Below, piece by piece: positions 9,061 to 18,602 of a stretch of 64,000 nucleotides of DNA. Below the pieces are notes generated by a model. That model ran no database searches. It was given only the letters and a program-made list of their open reading frames with translations, and had not been told where the DNA came from. How positions within the stretch are numbered: position 1 is the first letter of the stretch; every line of letters starts with the position of its first letter. The translations under genes and the position numbers were made by a program. This DNA comes from Bacteroidota bacterium (GTDB taxonomy: Bacteria > Bacteroidota > Bacteroidia > Cytophagales > Cyclobacteriaceae): the NCBI GenBank assembly GCA_042584165.1, contig JBHOSY010000002.1:180-64179 (forward strand), in the 5' to 3' direction.

Positions 9061-10866
9061 ATGAAATCAAAAACCGAATTTCCCATTTCTCAGATCATAT
9101 TATCATTTATTTTAACATTGATATTCTTTTCATGTAACGACCGATGGGAGGACGGTAAATTTGTAGTTGGAGAAGGTGGAAACATTCATTCCATCGTAAT
9201 TCCGGATAATGCTGATGAAATTATACAGTTTGCCGCAACCGAACTTCAGAGCTACCTGGATAGAATGACAGGTACTGAACTCCAAATCAAAAAGTCTTCC
9301 ACGGTCACGGGTAAAATCAAGGAAATTCAGATTATCCGTAAAGAAAATAAAAATGTGCATTGGGATGGTTTTATTATTGAAACCAGTAAAAATGGTATAC
9401 TGGTTTCAGCTGCTGAATCCAGGGGTTTGCTTTATGGTGTCTATGCAATGCTTGAAGAAGCAGGATGCTCCTTTTTTTATCCCGGTATACAGGAAGAAAT
9501 CGTACCCCGGCAGGCGACGGTTGAGTTCCAGCAAGGTTTAAAAACCTTCAATCCGGTATTGGAGCACAGAGGGCTTGCTCCGTATGGACTACAGGGCAGC
9601 AGCGTTGGTCTGGGAGGAGATTTTATCGACTGGATGGCTAAAAACAGAATGAACTATATACTAATCTCTGAAGATCGCCCGAGTGACAGTGCCGGTCCTG
9701 CCCACGGGTCTATCTGGAAAGAAGTTACTAATGATCTTTTACCTGAACTGCAAAAGCGTGGATTTGTGATAGAAATGAGTGAACATTGTACGCATGTTTT
9801 TTTCCCTCGTTCCCTCCATGAGCACCATCCAGACTGGTTTGCCCTTAACAATGGGGAAAGAAAACTGGGTGCACCACCCTATTCAGGTCAAATGTGTTAT
9901 GCAAATTCAGATGCTGTTGAATATTATGCCTCTGCTATCGCTGATTATGCGGCCATCCATCCAGAATTCCATGTAATCGGGACATGGCCGCTCGATGGGG
10001 GTGAATATTGCGAATGTGAGAAATGTAAAGATCCACAAACAGTATTTAACGCGGCTAAACAGGTAGCTGAAAAGGTGAAAAACGTCCGCCCTGATATGGT
10101 TGTTGAACACCTGGCATACAAAACACAAACCTGGCAGCCACCAACGGTAGCTATTCCGGAAAATATGTCTGTACTCTGGTGTCCTGACATTGGGAAAATG
10201 GATGATCTGGCAGGAGACTGGGTTCAAAAAACAAATCATGCCAATGGGGTATACCAGTTCGAATATTACATGGGTGATAATTACCGATCACGTGCCAATG
10301 TATGGCTTCGGCCTGGTTTTTCAGCAAATCTGGCACGGCATGCTACGGAAATTGGATTTCGTGGGATTGTTTCTTTATTCCTACCTATGGAAAACTGGTG
10401 GCGCTCCTGTTTTAACAACTGGTTTTTTGCCCGTGCCTGCTGGGATCAGGATTTTGATATAAATACGGGATTAAAAGATTATTGTCAGAAATACTACGGA
10501 AAACAGGCAGTTGAAATTGAAGAGATCTTTCATATGCTATTTACAGAGTTACATCCTGAACCATTTATAAGACTCCCTGATGAATCAAATGAAAACCTGA
10601 ATTTAAAAGTCCAACAAACTTCAATAAAATTACTGGATCAACTGGACCTGTTAATTGAAGATGCTCTAGATCCCGATATTAATGAAAGGATTATCAGGTT
10701 ACGAACCTATGTGGAATTCTTCCAGCTTTACAATGAGGCCATGTTCAAAGGGAAACAGACAGATCTGGATGGATTACTGAATTATATCGAGGAACATCCG
10801 GATCAGGATATGGTACTCATGTACCCGGATTATGTAAGATGGCGGAATGGGGATTTTTTTGATTAG
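9061..10866 (+). CDS. DUF4838-like secreted protein (glycoside-hydrolase-like accessory protein)
   Basis: 601 aa with signal/lipobox FFSC. N-terminal IVIPDNADEIIQFAATELQSYLDRMTG block and CECEKC cysteine cluster, as I recall for DUF4838. Confidence 0.55.
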   Translation: MKSKTEFPISQIILSFILTLIFFSCNDRWEDGKFVVGEGGNIHSIVIPDNADEIIQFAATELQSYLDRMTGTELQIKKSSTVTGKIKEIQIIRKENKNVHWDGFIIETSKNGILVSAAESRGLLYGVYAMLEEAGCSFFYPGIQEEIVPRQATVEFQQGLKTFNPVLEHRGLAPYGLQGSSVGLGGDFIDWMAKNRMNYILISEDRPSDSAGPAHGSIWKEVTNDLLPELQKRGFVIEMSEHCTHVFFPRSLHEHHPDWFALNNGERKLGAPPYSGQMCYANSDAVEYYASAIADYAAIHPEFHVIGTWPLDGGEYCECEKCKDPQTVFNAAKQVAEKVKNVRPDMVVEHLAYKTQTWQPPTVAIPENMSVLWCPDIGKMDDLAGDWVQKTNHANGVYQFEYYMGDNYRSRANVWLRPGFSANLARHATEIGFRGIVSLFLPMENWWRSCFNNWFFARACWDQDFDINTGLKDYCQKYYGKQAVEIEEIFHMLFTELHPEPFIRLPDESNENLNLKVQQTSIKLLDQLDLLIEDALDPDINERIIRLRTYVEFFQLYNEAMFKGKQTDLDGLLNYIEEHPDQDMVLMYPDYVRWRNGDFFD

Positions 10867-11111
10867 GATGGGAATGTATACTTGAATGTTCAGTGGATAT
10901 AACGGACTATCAGCAAATTTAAATCTGTTGCTCGTGGCTTGTCACTCGTTTGATCCAAAATCCGCATTCCAAAATCCGGTTCCATATCCCCTTCGCAATC
11001 CCTACCCCAAAAAGGGGACACCGCCCGCAATCCAAAATCCAAATTTTCCGTGTTCTCCGTGCCTTCTCTGTGAACTCCGTGTCCTTCCCTTGTTATAAAT
11101 AATAACTCTGT

Positions 11112-13346
11112 CTAATTTACCACCCCAATCGGTAATTCCCTGATCCTTTTTCCCGTTGCCCGGAAGACTGCATTTGCCACGGCAGCGCCGGTAGGTCCCT
11201 GTGCTGCTTCCCCGGCACCCAGTGGTGGTTCATTCGGACGATCAATGACTACAACTTCCATCTGCGGAATATTATCAAACCGGAGAATGGGATAGGTTCC
11301 CCAGTCCATGTTCGTGATACGGTGCTTATTAAAGGTCACCTGCTCATGTAAGGTCCAACTGGCAGCCTGTATCATTCCCCCTTCGGTTTGGTTTTTCAGC
11401 CCGTCCGGGTTGATCACTTCACCGGAATCGATCACCCCCCACATTTTTTCAAGATTGATCCGGCCGGTGCTTTCGTCATGCGATACTTTTACTGCCACAG
11501 CGAAATAAGATGCCACATTCTTATATTTTGAAAAAGCATAGCCGATACCCTCACTCTTTGACACTGCTTCGGATTTCGTTAAATCTCCAATTTTTTTGAT
11601 AACTGCATGAGCTCTTTCATCTGTCAAATGAGCCAGCCGGAATTTTAACGGATCTTTTCCAGCCTTTACTGCCAGCTCATCAATAAAAGATTCAATGGCG
11701 AAAATGTTACCGAAAGCCCCCAGGCTACGCAAGGAAGAAACCCTCAACGGCCCTCTGCATAAATGTGTGTCGATTTTCAGATTCGGGATCTGATAATAGG
11801 GTTCTGAATTCCGCGCACTCCCTCCTACCGATCCTGACGATCTTTTAACAAACGGTTTGGTCAGGTGCCAGGCAGGAAGTAATCTCGCTGGATCACCACC
11901 GGGCCGGCCACTCGATGCATCCGACCATAAATCGTATGCCCAATGCGTGATTTTACCCGATTCATCAAGTTTAGCTTTTAATTGCATTACCATGGCCGTC
12001 CCATATGGTTCCCAGGTGTGTTCATCTTCTCTTGACCACTGCAAACGAATATGTTTACCCGGAAAAGCCATGGCCAGCAATGCCGCATCAGCCCCAACAT
12101 CATCAGCCCCGTTATGTCCGTAACATCCCGACCCGGGAACTCCTTTTACATGAACCTGTTCTTCATTCAATCCGAGCATGTCCTGAATGGCTCCTTTTAA
12201 GGGATATACACCCTGGGTGTGGGACCAGATATGAAGCTGATCATTTTCAAAAATGGCTACAGCACAGGATGGTCCCATAGAACCGTGCATAATATAAGGC
12301 TTGTAATAGCGGGCAGAAATAGTGTCTTCTTCATCATTCAATACTTCCGTATTCCCTTCATTTTTAACATTCTCGGATTCAACAGCAAGACTTACAAGAT
12401 AGTCATCGAGTTTTATATCTTCCGGGAATATTTCCGGCTGTGACCATGTAAAATTTTCTTTCATATATTGGGCCGCCTGGATAGCCTGGTATTCTTCCTC
12501 CGCAATCACAGCTAAAAAGTTACCATTTCTTACTACCTGTATAACTCCTTCTATCTTTTTTGCCCCATCCTGATCACAGTGTTCCAATTTGCTTCCATAA
12601 TTGGGTGGTCTTACTACCCTGGCATGCACCATCCCTGGGAATCTTAAATCCTGGACGAATACATGGTCCCCTCGTACCATTTTCTTAATGTCTTTCCGGG
12701 GAATGGCCTTACCCACATAGCTATATTTAGATTTTGATTTCAGTGTGACAGGTGATTGCACCTCATCCACGATCTGGGCACCTTCAAGGATCTGTTTGAA
12801 ACTTAAGGAATCATCGGTCTTTTTAGATCGCACTGTACCATTATCCAGTACCAGTTGATCCTTTTCAATTTGTAGTTTTGCGGCAGCCAGATCAAGGAGT
12901 TTCTCCTTTGCAGCTGCAGCTGCAAATCGAATGTTCATGGCACTGCTTTCAATGGAACGGCTTCCCGCAGTATACCCTTCATTAGGTGTGCGTTCTGTTT
13001 CAGCCAGGTTTACCTCCACGTTATCAATATCTGTGTTCAATTCTTCAGCAGCTACCTGCGCTACGGCTATCCTGATTCCCTGTCCGAGTTCCATTTTTCC
13101 CGTAAGTACACGTACTCCTCCATTTTCCAGAATTTCGATCCACGCATTGATATTTGGATATCGATTCAAACCTCGTGGAAGTTCGGACACAACCTGATCT
13201 TCGGATACGGGTGCGCTGCATCCTTCCCAGAGACAGAATCCAATGGTTATACTGCCCGTGGTTTTAAGGAATTTACGCCTGGAATATTGATTTGATACGT
13301 TTTTCGGATTCACAATAGGATCAGTTAGTTTCCACAGTATTAGCAA
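11112..13346 (-). CDS. Molybdopterin-dependent oxidoreductase large subunit (aldehyde oxidase/xanthine dehydrogenase family, IorB-like), Tat signal
   Basis: 744 aa. SRRKFLKTTGSITIGF twin-arginine motif and GQGIRIAVAQVAAEEL block. Overlaps the upstream 2Fe-2S subunit gene by 26 nt. Confidence 0.85.
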   Translation of the reverse strand: MLILWKLTDPIVNPKNVSNQYSRRKFLKTTGSITIGFCLWEGCSAPVSEDQVVSELPRGLNRYPNINAWIEILENGGVRVLTGKMELGQGIRIAVAQVAAEELNTDIDNVEVNLAETERTPNEGYTAGSRSIESSAMNIRFAAAAAKEKLLDLAAAKLQIEKDQLVLDNGTVRSKKTDDSLSFKQILEGAQIVDEVQSPVTLKSKSKYSYVGKAIPRKDIKKMVRGDHVFVQDLRFPGMVHARVVRPPNYGSKLEHCDQDGAKKIEGVIQVVRNGNFLAVIAEEEYQAIQAAQYMKENFTWSQPEIFPEDIKLDDYLVSLAVESENVKNEGNTEVLNDEEDTISARYYKPYIMHGSMGPSCAVAIFENDQLHIWSHTQGVYPLKGAIQDMLGLNEEQVHVKGVPGSGCYGHNGADDVGADAALLAMAFPGKHIRLQWSREDEHTWEPYGTAMVMQLKAKLDESGKITHWAYDLWSDASSGRPGGDPARLLPAWHLTKPFVKRSSGSVGGSARNSEPYYQIPNLKIDTHLCRGPLRVSSLRSLGAFGNIFAIESFIDELAVKAGKDPLKFRLAHLTDERAHAVIKKIGDLTKSEAVSKSEGIGYAFSKYKNVASYFAVAVKVSHDESTGRINLEKMWGVIDSGEVINPDGLKNQTEGGMIQAASWTLHEQVTFNKHRITNMDWGTYPILRFDNIPQMEVVVIDRPNEPPLGAGEAAQGPTGAAVANAVFRATGKRIRELPIGVVN

Positions 13347-13797
13347 CAGAGGCTATTGCTTTTAATATACGGGTATGTGTACCACATCGGCATAAATTCT
13401 TCTGCAGAAGTGACCTGACCAACTCTTCATCCTGAATCAGGTTCTGGCGAACCATGGAAACTGTTGAAATGACCATGCCGTTTAGACAATACCCGCATTG
13501 AGCGGCCTGCTCTTTAATAAAGGCCTGCTGTACCGGATGTAATTCTCCGTTCTCATCAATCAATCCTTCGATGGTTGTGATTGATTTTCCTGCTACGGAT
13601 CCAACAGTTATTTTACAACTGGATAATGCGAAGTCGTCAATAAGGACCATACACGCTCCGCAAAGTTCCTCACCACAGCCATATTTAGGTCCGTTTAACT
13701 CCAGTTGATTTCGCAGGACATACAAAAGTGGTGTTTCGGGATCGACTTGCAGGTCAAAAGTATTTCCATTGACTTGCAGGGAAATCTTGGTTTTCAT
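13321..13797 (-). CDS. (2Fe-2S)-binding small subunit of the Mo oxidoreductase (IorA-like)
   Basis: 158 aa. Cysteine clusters GCGEELCGACMV, QCGYCLNGM and NLCRCGTH are typical of the two [2Fe-2S] domains. Confidence 0.9.
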   Translation of the reverse strand: MKTKISLQVNGNTFDLQVDPETPLLYVLRNQLELNGPKYGCGEELCGACMVLIDDFALSSCKITVGSVAGKSITTIEGLIDENGELHPVQQAFIKEQAAQCGYCLNGMVISTVSMVRQNLIQDEELVRSLLQKNLCRCGTHTRILKAIASVANTVETN

Positions 13798-13989
13798 TTT
13801 AAGCGCATTTATTCATATGGAATATCGCCTAAAATCTGTTGAAAAGCAATTCTCGCGGGACTGGATGAAGATTACCCTGAGTCATCTCCCTCCTCATCAC
13901 CTCTTTGAGCTAAATCCTAAAAATAAATTCCGCCTCATATTGGGAATTATATTGGCAGGGTTTCAGTTCACCAGCTACAAGTATAATAA

Positions 13990-14121
13990 CGAAATCCGAT
14001 ATTCGAAAACCTCCGCAACGATCCCGAATTCAAAACCATCGTCAAACGAACCCGGGATGAAAAAGCTGCATTAAGAGTTCAGGTCAGGGAGATGGAGGAA
14101 CGGGGAGCGTTGGATTTGTAA
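13990..14121 (+). pseudogene. Orphan C-terminal coding relic (TPR/cyclase-type protein tail), copy a
   Basis: Short open frame RNPIFENLRNDPEFKTIVKRTRDEKAALRVQVREMEERGALDL*, preceded by an in-frame TAA. About 70% nt identity to the reverse complement of 21800..21913 and to 28158..28257. Confidence 0.45.
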
Positions 14122-14327
14122 TAAAGCCCGCATGACAGGTGTGATTGAATAAGGTGGGATTTCCTGAGAAACCAAATCCGAACAATTAGTTAATCTGAAA
14201 ACGGTCGCCTGAAAAGAATCCAACTCCATATCCCCTGGTAATCTTAGTAATGGTTATTCTCTTTAGGCGTAGGATGACAGATATTTTGTAAAATAGTGTA
14301 TCAAGATAAAGTAGATCTCTTCTCGCA

Positions 14328-15449
14328 TTAGTAATTGATAAATTTATTGTCTTCATAACAGGTAATTCCAACATCCGTTCCTATCCAAACAATTCCATCG
14401 TTGTCAGTTGCTATAGAGAGTATATTGTTGCTGGCTAATCCGTTGTCAGTAGTGTAGGAGATCCATGTGGATCCATTAAAAACAGATATTCCAGCTTTCG
14501 TCCCAAACCAGATGTTACCTTTCTTATCGCCACTGATTGCCTGAACGAAATTATGTATAAGGCCATCCTTTTTATTATAGATTGTCCAGTTTTCAAGGGT
14601 TTCATTTCCAGTATGCCTGGCAATCCCCCTTTTTGTGCCAAACCATTTTGTTCCATCAGGAGCTATGAAGATGCTCCGGATATTGTCAGATGGAAGGAGA
14701 ATTGGTCCCCATTCAGCATAAACGGATGCACCTGAAATTCCATCTACATCATCGCGGTAAACTCTGGCAATCCCTGCACCTGCAGTCCCTACGTAGAGGG
14801 AATCACCTTCAATATTGGTAGCCATGGATGTTATTGGGTAATCTTCAAAAATATATTCCGGATAATACAGGTCATAAGAAGGAGTCAGCCAGTTATCACC
14901 TCTCACGGCAGAGACTCCCAAATCTGTTCCAAACCATTGAATGGAGTTTTTGCCGGCAGCCATACTTACTACATTTTTACTTAAAATGCCTGAATTTTCA
15001 GGAGTAAGTGTAATGGCATCTGCCTGGTTACCAATTGGCAGGCTGACGGTCGTAGCTCCATTTGGTGAAGCAATCCAGAGTTCCGGTCCTTCAGGATTAA
15101 CAACATAAATAATACTTTTGAGATCCTGGTCGGGTAAATTATTATTTTCATCATGCAGCTTCCAGTTTTTCCCGTCAAAACTTACAATTCCGGCATCCGT
15201 ACAAAACCATTTTATATTATCATTATCCACGATAACAGAACTAACATTCTTTACTGAAATTCCATTTCCCATTGGTTGTTTTGGCCCATCATCCAGGCCA
15301 GATGATGCAGAATTATTACTGCTGTGAGCCGGGTTTATAAAAGGAAATGCCATTCCAATACTAACCGTAATAATAATTATAGCAATAGCAGTAAAAAGGA
15401 TTACAGGCCTGAAAATATTTAGCTTCGTAATTCTATTATCCATGATCAA
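14328..15449 (-). CDS. Membrane-anchored two-component-regulator-propeller (Reg_prop) repeat protein without output domain
   Basis: 373 aa with an N-terminal TM helix. Repeated motifs: IKWFCTDAGIVSF, IQWFGTDLGVSAV, KWFGTKRGIARH, NIWFGTKAGISVF, IVWIGTDVGITCY. Confidence 0.75.
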   Translation of the reverse strand: MIMDNRITKLNIFRPVILFTAIAIIIITVSIGMAFPFINPAHSSNNSASSGLDDGPKQPMGNGISVKNVSSVIVDNDNIKWFCTDAGIVSFDGKNWKLHDENNNLPDQDLKSIIYVVNPEGPELWIASPNGATTVSLPIGNQADAITLTPENSGILSKNVVSMAAGKNSIQWFGTDLGVSAVRGDNWLTPSYDLYYPEYIFEDYPITSMATNIEGDSLYVGTAGAGIARVYRDDVDGISGASVYAEWGPILLPSDNIRSIFIAPDGTKWFGTKRGIARHTGNETLENWTIYNKKDGLIHNFVQAISGDKKGNIWFGTKAGISVFNGSTWISYTTDNGLASNNILSIATDNDGIVWIGTDVGITCYEDNKFINY

Positions 15450-15671
15450 GAGGCAAATGTGTTATTGCTAATTACATGAAAGTTAGTCTTTTTTGAATGA
15501 TTTAAGTGGCATTTGCTGTTGATATATAACCAGACATTGGTTAAGATTTGTATATTTACCGTACAAGCAGACATACTATATGTGTAAATCTTTTTATGAT
15601 AAGTGTATCAAATGTTTCTCTGATTTAGCCATAAGTGATTATTAATTAATTGCTTCAATGAAAATAAAAAG

Positions 15672-17273
15672 ATGAAAAGACGTGATTTTATAAAAGTCTC
15701 TTCCGCCGCAGGAATAGCTGGACTTATGGGATCAAGTGATACTGTAATGGCAAACACAACACCATCAGTGGCAGAACGATTTGACCTTCACCCATTTATC
15801 AAAGAACATCCCGAAGCAGTTTTTATAAATCTTACATCGGTAAAAGAAAAAACAGACGCTAAGCCAATTTACGATGCTGCATACAAGCTTGCCAACGAGA
15901 TGTTCGTGAAAACGACAAATGGAAAGGGCTATTCCATTTCAACTAAAGTAAACTGTAAACCTAACTGGACCTGCACTGGCAGGTCCGTATCTGATCCCGT
16001 ATCGAAACTGGGAATAACTACTGATCTCAATTTTGTTGAAGGGTATTTGAATGGTGTTAAAAATAAAGGACCCCAGAATTATTACTTAAGAGAATCTGCC
16101 TGCCCTCAAAGATGGGAAGATAACGGGTGGACCGGAATGGCAGAAAGAAATAATTTCGATCTGAGAGATCTCTCCTCAAGGGATTACTGGAATTTGGAGC
16201 CTGAGGATCTGATTTTCAAGGAAATTGACGGAGTTGTTTTCAAAAAGGTGGGATATATGGCCCCAATGAATGCTCCGGACACTTTCCTTATAAACATTGC
16301 AAAATTCAAAACTCATCGGATGGGAATTACTGGCGCGATCAAAAACCTGCAGGGGATTACCGCCAGAAAATTTCACCAGTTCTGCGGTGGCCATTTAGAT
16401 ATCTTTAAATCATATGACAAACGTTACCATCAGTTTTTTCAGCCTGATTATATGGCTAAAATTAATGAGCTTCACAAAAAGCATATACAAGATAACATAC
16501 CACGTTGGGACACCCTGATGGATAGACCTCCTTACGGTGGTGGCATATTTATGGAGCAATGGGTTCAACGCATGCTTGATTCCTACAGCGTAACTCCAAC
16601 AGGGATAAATATTGTTGAGGGTATTTATAGCCTCGATGGTGATGGATTCGGAAGGGGACCTCATGATGGAAAAGGCAGGACTTATATGAGTAATAGTGTG
16701 ATTTTCGGGAAGGATGCATTCAGGGTTGACATCATATCACACTGGCTTGCCGGTCATGAACCGGGGAATTTCGGGCTTTTCCATATTGGCATTGAACGTG
16801 GCTTATCGGATGTTCTTGACCCACACGATATTCCGATTTATCTGTGGAAAGATGGCAAGGCAAAAAAAGTAAAACTTGATTCAATTAAAAGGATCCCTCT
16901 TCTTACAAGCTATCTTAGAAGAAATAATAACGGACTTGACGAAGATAAATATCACATATGTGATGAACCTTTCGATTATAGCTTATTGAAAGCAACCGGA
17001 AAGGTTATCCAGCGCGATGTTCCTTCCATTCGGGCACTTGGAACTGATTCAAATGATAAGGTAATTATGGAGGTTTCCATTCCGGAAAAGGGTGATGTTT
17101 ATGTGGATATTCTCAACCGTCATGGGGAATTAATCTGGCGTCTGGAAGCAGATGAACTTGAACCCGGAAAACATGAGGTTGTATGGGATGGATTCTCTCA
17201 ACCAGGCCTTTATAATGTGTACGTGAAAGGCATGAACTGGGATGCTGAGAGAGAAATGGTGATATATACCTGA
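15672..17273 (+). CDS. Tat-signal DUF362-like protein with C-terminal Ig-like (FlgD-Ig-like) domain
   Basis: MKRRDFIKVSSAAGIAGL twin-arginine signal. INIAKFKTHRMGITGAIKNLQG resembles the DUF362 KtH..g.T.alKN..G block. The C-terminal GDVYVDILNRHGELIW...PGKHEVVWDG resembles an FlgD-Ig fold. Confidence 0.55.
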   Translation: MKRRDFIKVSSAAGIAGLMGSSDTVMANTTPSVAERFDLHPFIKEHPEAVFINLTSVKEKTDAKPIYDAAYKLANEMFVKTTNGKGYSISTKVNCKPNWTCTGRSVSDPVSKLGITTDLNFVEGYLNGVKNKGPQNYYLRESACPQRWEDNGWTGMAERNNFDLRDLSSRDYWNLEPEDLIFKEIDGVVFKKVGYMAPMNAPDTFLINIAKFKTHRMGITGAIKNLQGITARKFHQFCGGHLDIFKSYDKRYHQFFQPDYMAKINELHKKHIQDNIPRWDTLMDRPPYGGGIFMEQWVQRMLDSYSVTPTGINIVEGIYSLDGDGFGRGPHDGKGRTYMSNSVIFGKDAFRVDIISHWLAGHEPGNFGLFHIGIERGLSDVLDPHDIPIYLWKDGKAKKVKLDSIKRIPLLTSYLRRNNNGLDEDKYHICDEPFDYSLLKATGKVIQRDVPSIRALGTDSNDKVIMEVSIPEKGDVYVDILNRHGELIWRLEADELEPGKHEVVWDGFSQPGLYNVYVKGMNWDAEREMVIYT

Positions 17274-17312
17274 TTCCCTGGTACAATTTGCAAAACCACT
17301 CCAGTAGGATAT

Positions 17313-18557
17313 TCATTTTTGTTGAAACGGAGTTGCTGAAATGCCATTCAGATCCCACACAATTTTACCGGCACGAATGGTTAGTTCTGCCTCAAATTTT
17401 CTATTTCCTATGATCTTATTTTTACCAGCATCTACGAAACCGAAAGTGCCATCAATAATTCTTAAAACAGCCACATCAGCAACCGCCCTTTCGCCCAGGT
17501 TCCCTAGATCTTCCCTTTGAATGGATTTAGCAGGAAACCAGGTTGCCCGCGTTAAAACGTCCTTTTCATCCATGCCCATTGCTATGTATTTTGACATAAT
17601 ATTGAGCATATCTTTCATTCCTGCATTCATGCTGAATCGATGAAGATCACTGCCAAAAGAATTGGGTAATAGTCCCTGTTCGAGTGCTGGTATGGCCTCA
17701 CTGAACCAGAATCCGGCACCGCCATGGCCCACATCAAACAATACTCCTCTATCTCTGGACTGAACTACAAAGGATCGCACGTGCCCATCCTCTCCAATGA
17801 CACTGGATCTTTCTGATACCTTTTCGTAAGAATGGGTAATAATATCTCCAGGCCGCATGCGTTCCAACTGATCTTTCAGGGAATATTGCGGCAGATGACA
17901 TTCAACAAACATGGGTCTATCTGTTTGATTGGCTGCTTCGACCGCCCGGTCAAAAGGGGTCCATAAATTCCCTGTGTAATGACCTATTTTAATGCCTACG
18001 ATGATGTCTGGATACTCAACTACACATTTGACTGCCTGGTTCACCTCCATGTCGTTTATATTTTCCTGTTGATCATCACCTGTCATACCGGAACCTGCGA
18101 TATTCAGGAAAGCTAGAATTCTGGTTTTAGATTGATCTATTACCTGCGCTTTGAATTTTGGAAAATTCTTCCATCCCGAAGTGCCGGCATCGACAACGGT
18201 AGTTATGCCTGCCCGTAAGGTAAAATCATCGGGAGAAAGACTGTTAGAACCATCCGCAAATTTTCCTGGCTGACTGCCAACGAAAACGTGTGTATGGATG
18301 TCAATTAAACCTGGACAAACATACATTCCGGTGACATCGATTACTTTTTTCGCTTCGGACCCGGATATATTATTTGCCACACGGAAGATCCTGCCTTCTG
18401 CTATTGCCACATCCATTTCACCATCAATCTCATTTTTTGGATCGAAGACATGCCCGTTTACTAAAAGTATATCGATTTTCTGGGCCTTTAAAGTGCAAGG
18501 ATAAATCCAGAAGGATAAAATGTGGCAACAAATTATACAGAGTGATTTCATTGGCAT
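17313..18557 (-). CDS. Amidohydrolase/deacetylase-family metallohydrolase, secreted (paralog 1)
   Basis: 414 aa with signal peptide. PGLIDIHTHVF metal-binding motif and DVGHGG block. Alignable along its length with the next gene. Confidence 0.8.
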   Translation of the reverse strand: MPMKSLCIICCHILSFWIYPCTLKAQKIDILLVNGHVFDPKNEIDGEMDVAIAEGRIFRVANNISGSEAKKVIDVTGMYVCPGLIDIHTHVFVGSQPGKFADGSNSLSPDDFTLRAGITTVVDAGTSGWKNFPKFKAQVIDQSKTRILAFLNIAGSGMTGDDQQENINDMEVNQAVKCVVEYPDIIVGIKIGHYTGNLWTPFDRAVEAANQTDRPMFVECHLPQYSLKDQLERMRPGDIITHSYEKVSERSSVIGEDGHVRSFVVQSRDRGVLFDVGHGGAGFWFSEAIPALEQGLLPNSFGSDLHRFSMNAGMKDMLNIMSKYIAMGMDEKDVLTRATWFPAKSIQREDLGNLGERAVADVAVLRIIDGTFGFVDAGKNKIIGNRKFEAELTIRAGKIVWDLNGISATPFQQK

Positions 18558-18602
18558 AGTATAGATAGGTGAAAATATTTCAATCGACTGAAATTACTGA
18601 TT

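Noticed and set aside
10886-11098. 70-aa ORF in the DUF4838/Mo-oxidoreductase spacer.
   Set aside because: It is composed of the CCAAAATCC and CTCCGTG repeat motifs (Pro-rich and low-complexity), so it is interpreted as non-coding repeat sequence.
13769-14074. 101-aa plus-strand ORF upstream of the 2Fe-2S gene.
   Set aside because: It overlaps the start of the 2Fe-2S gene and reads the relic region in a different frame from the one that is conserved among the three relic copies. No motifs were found.
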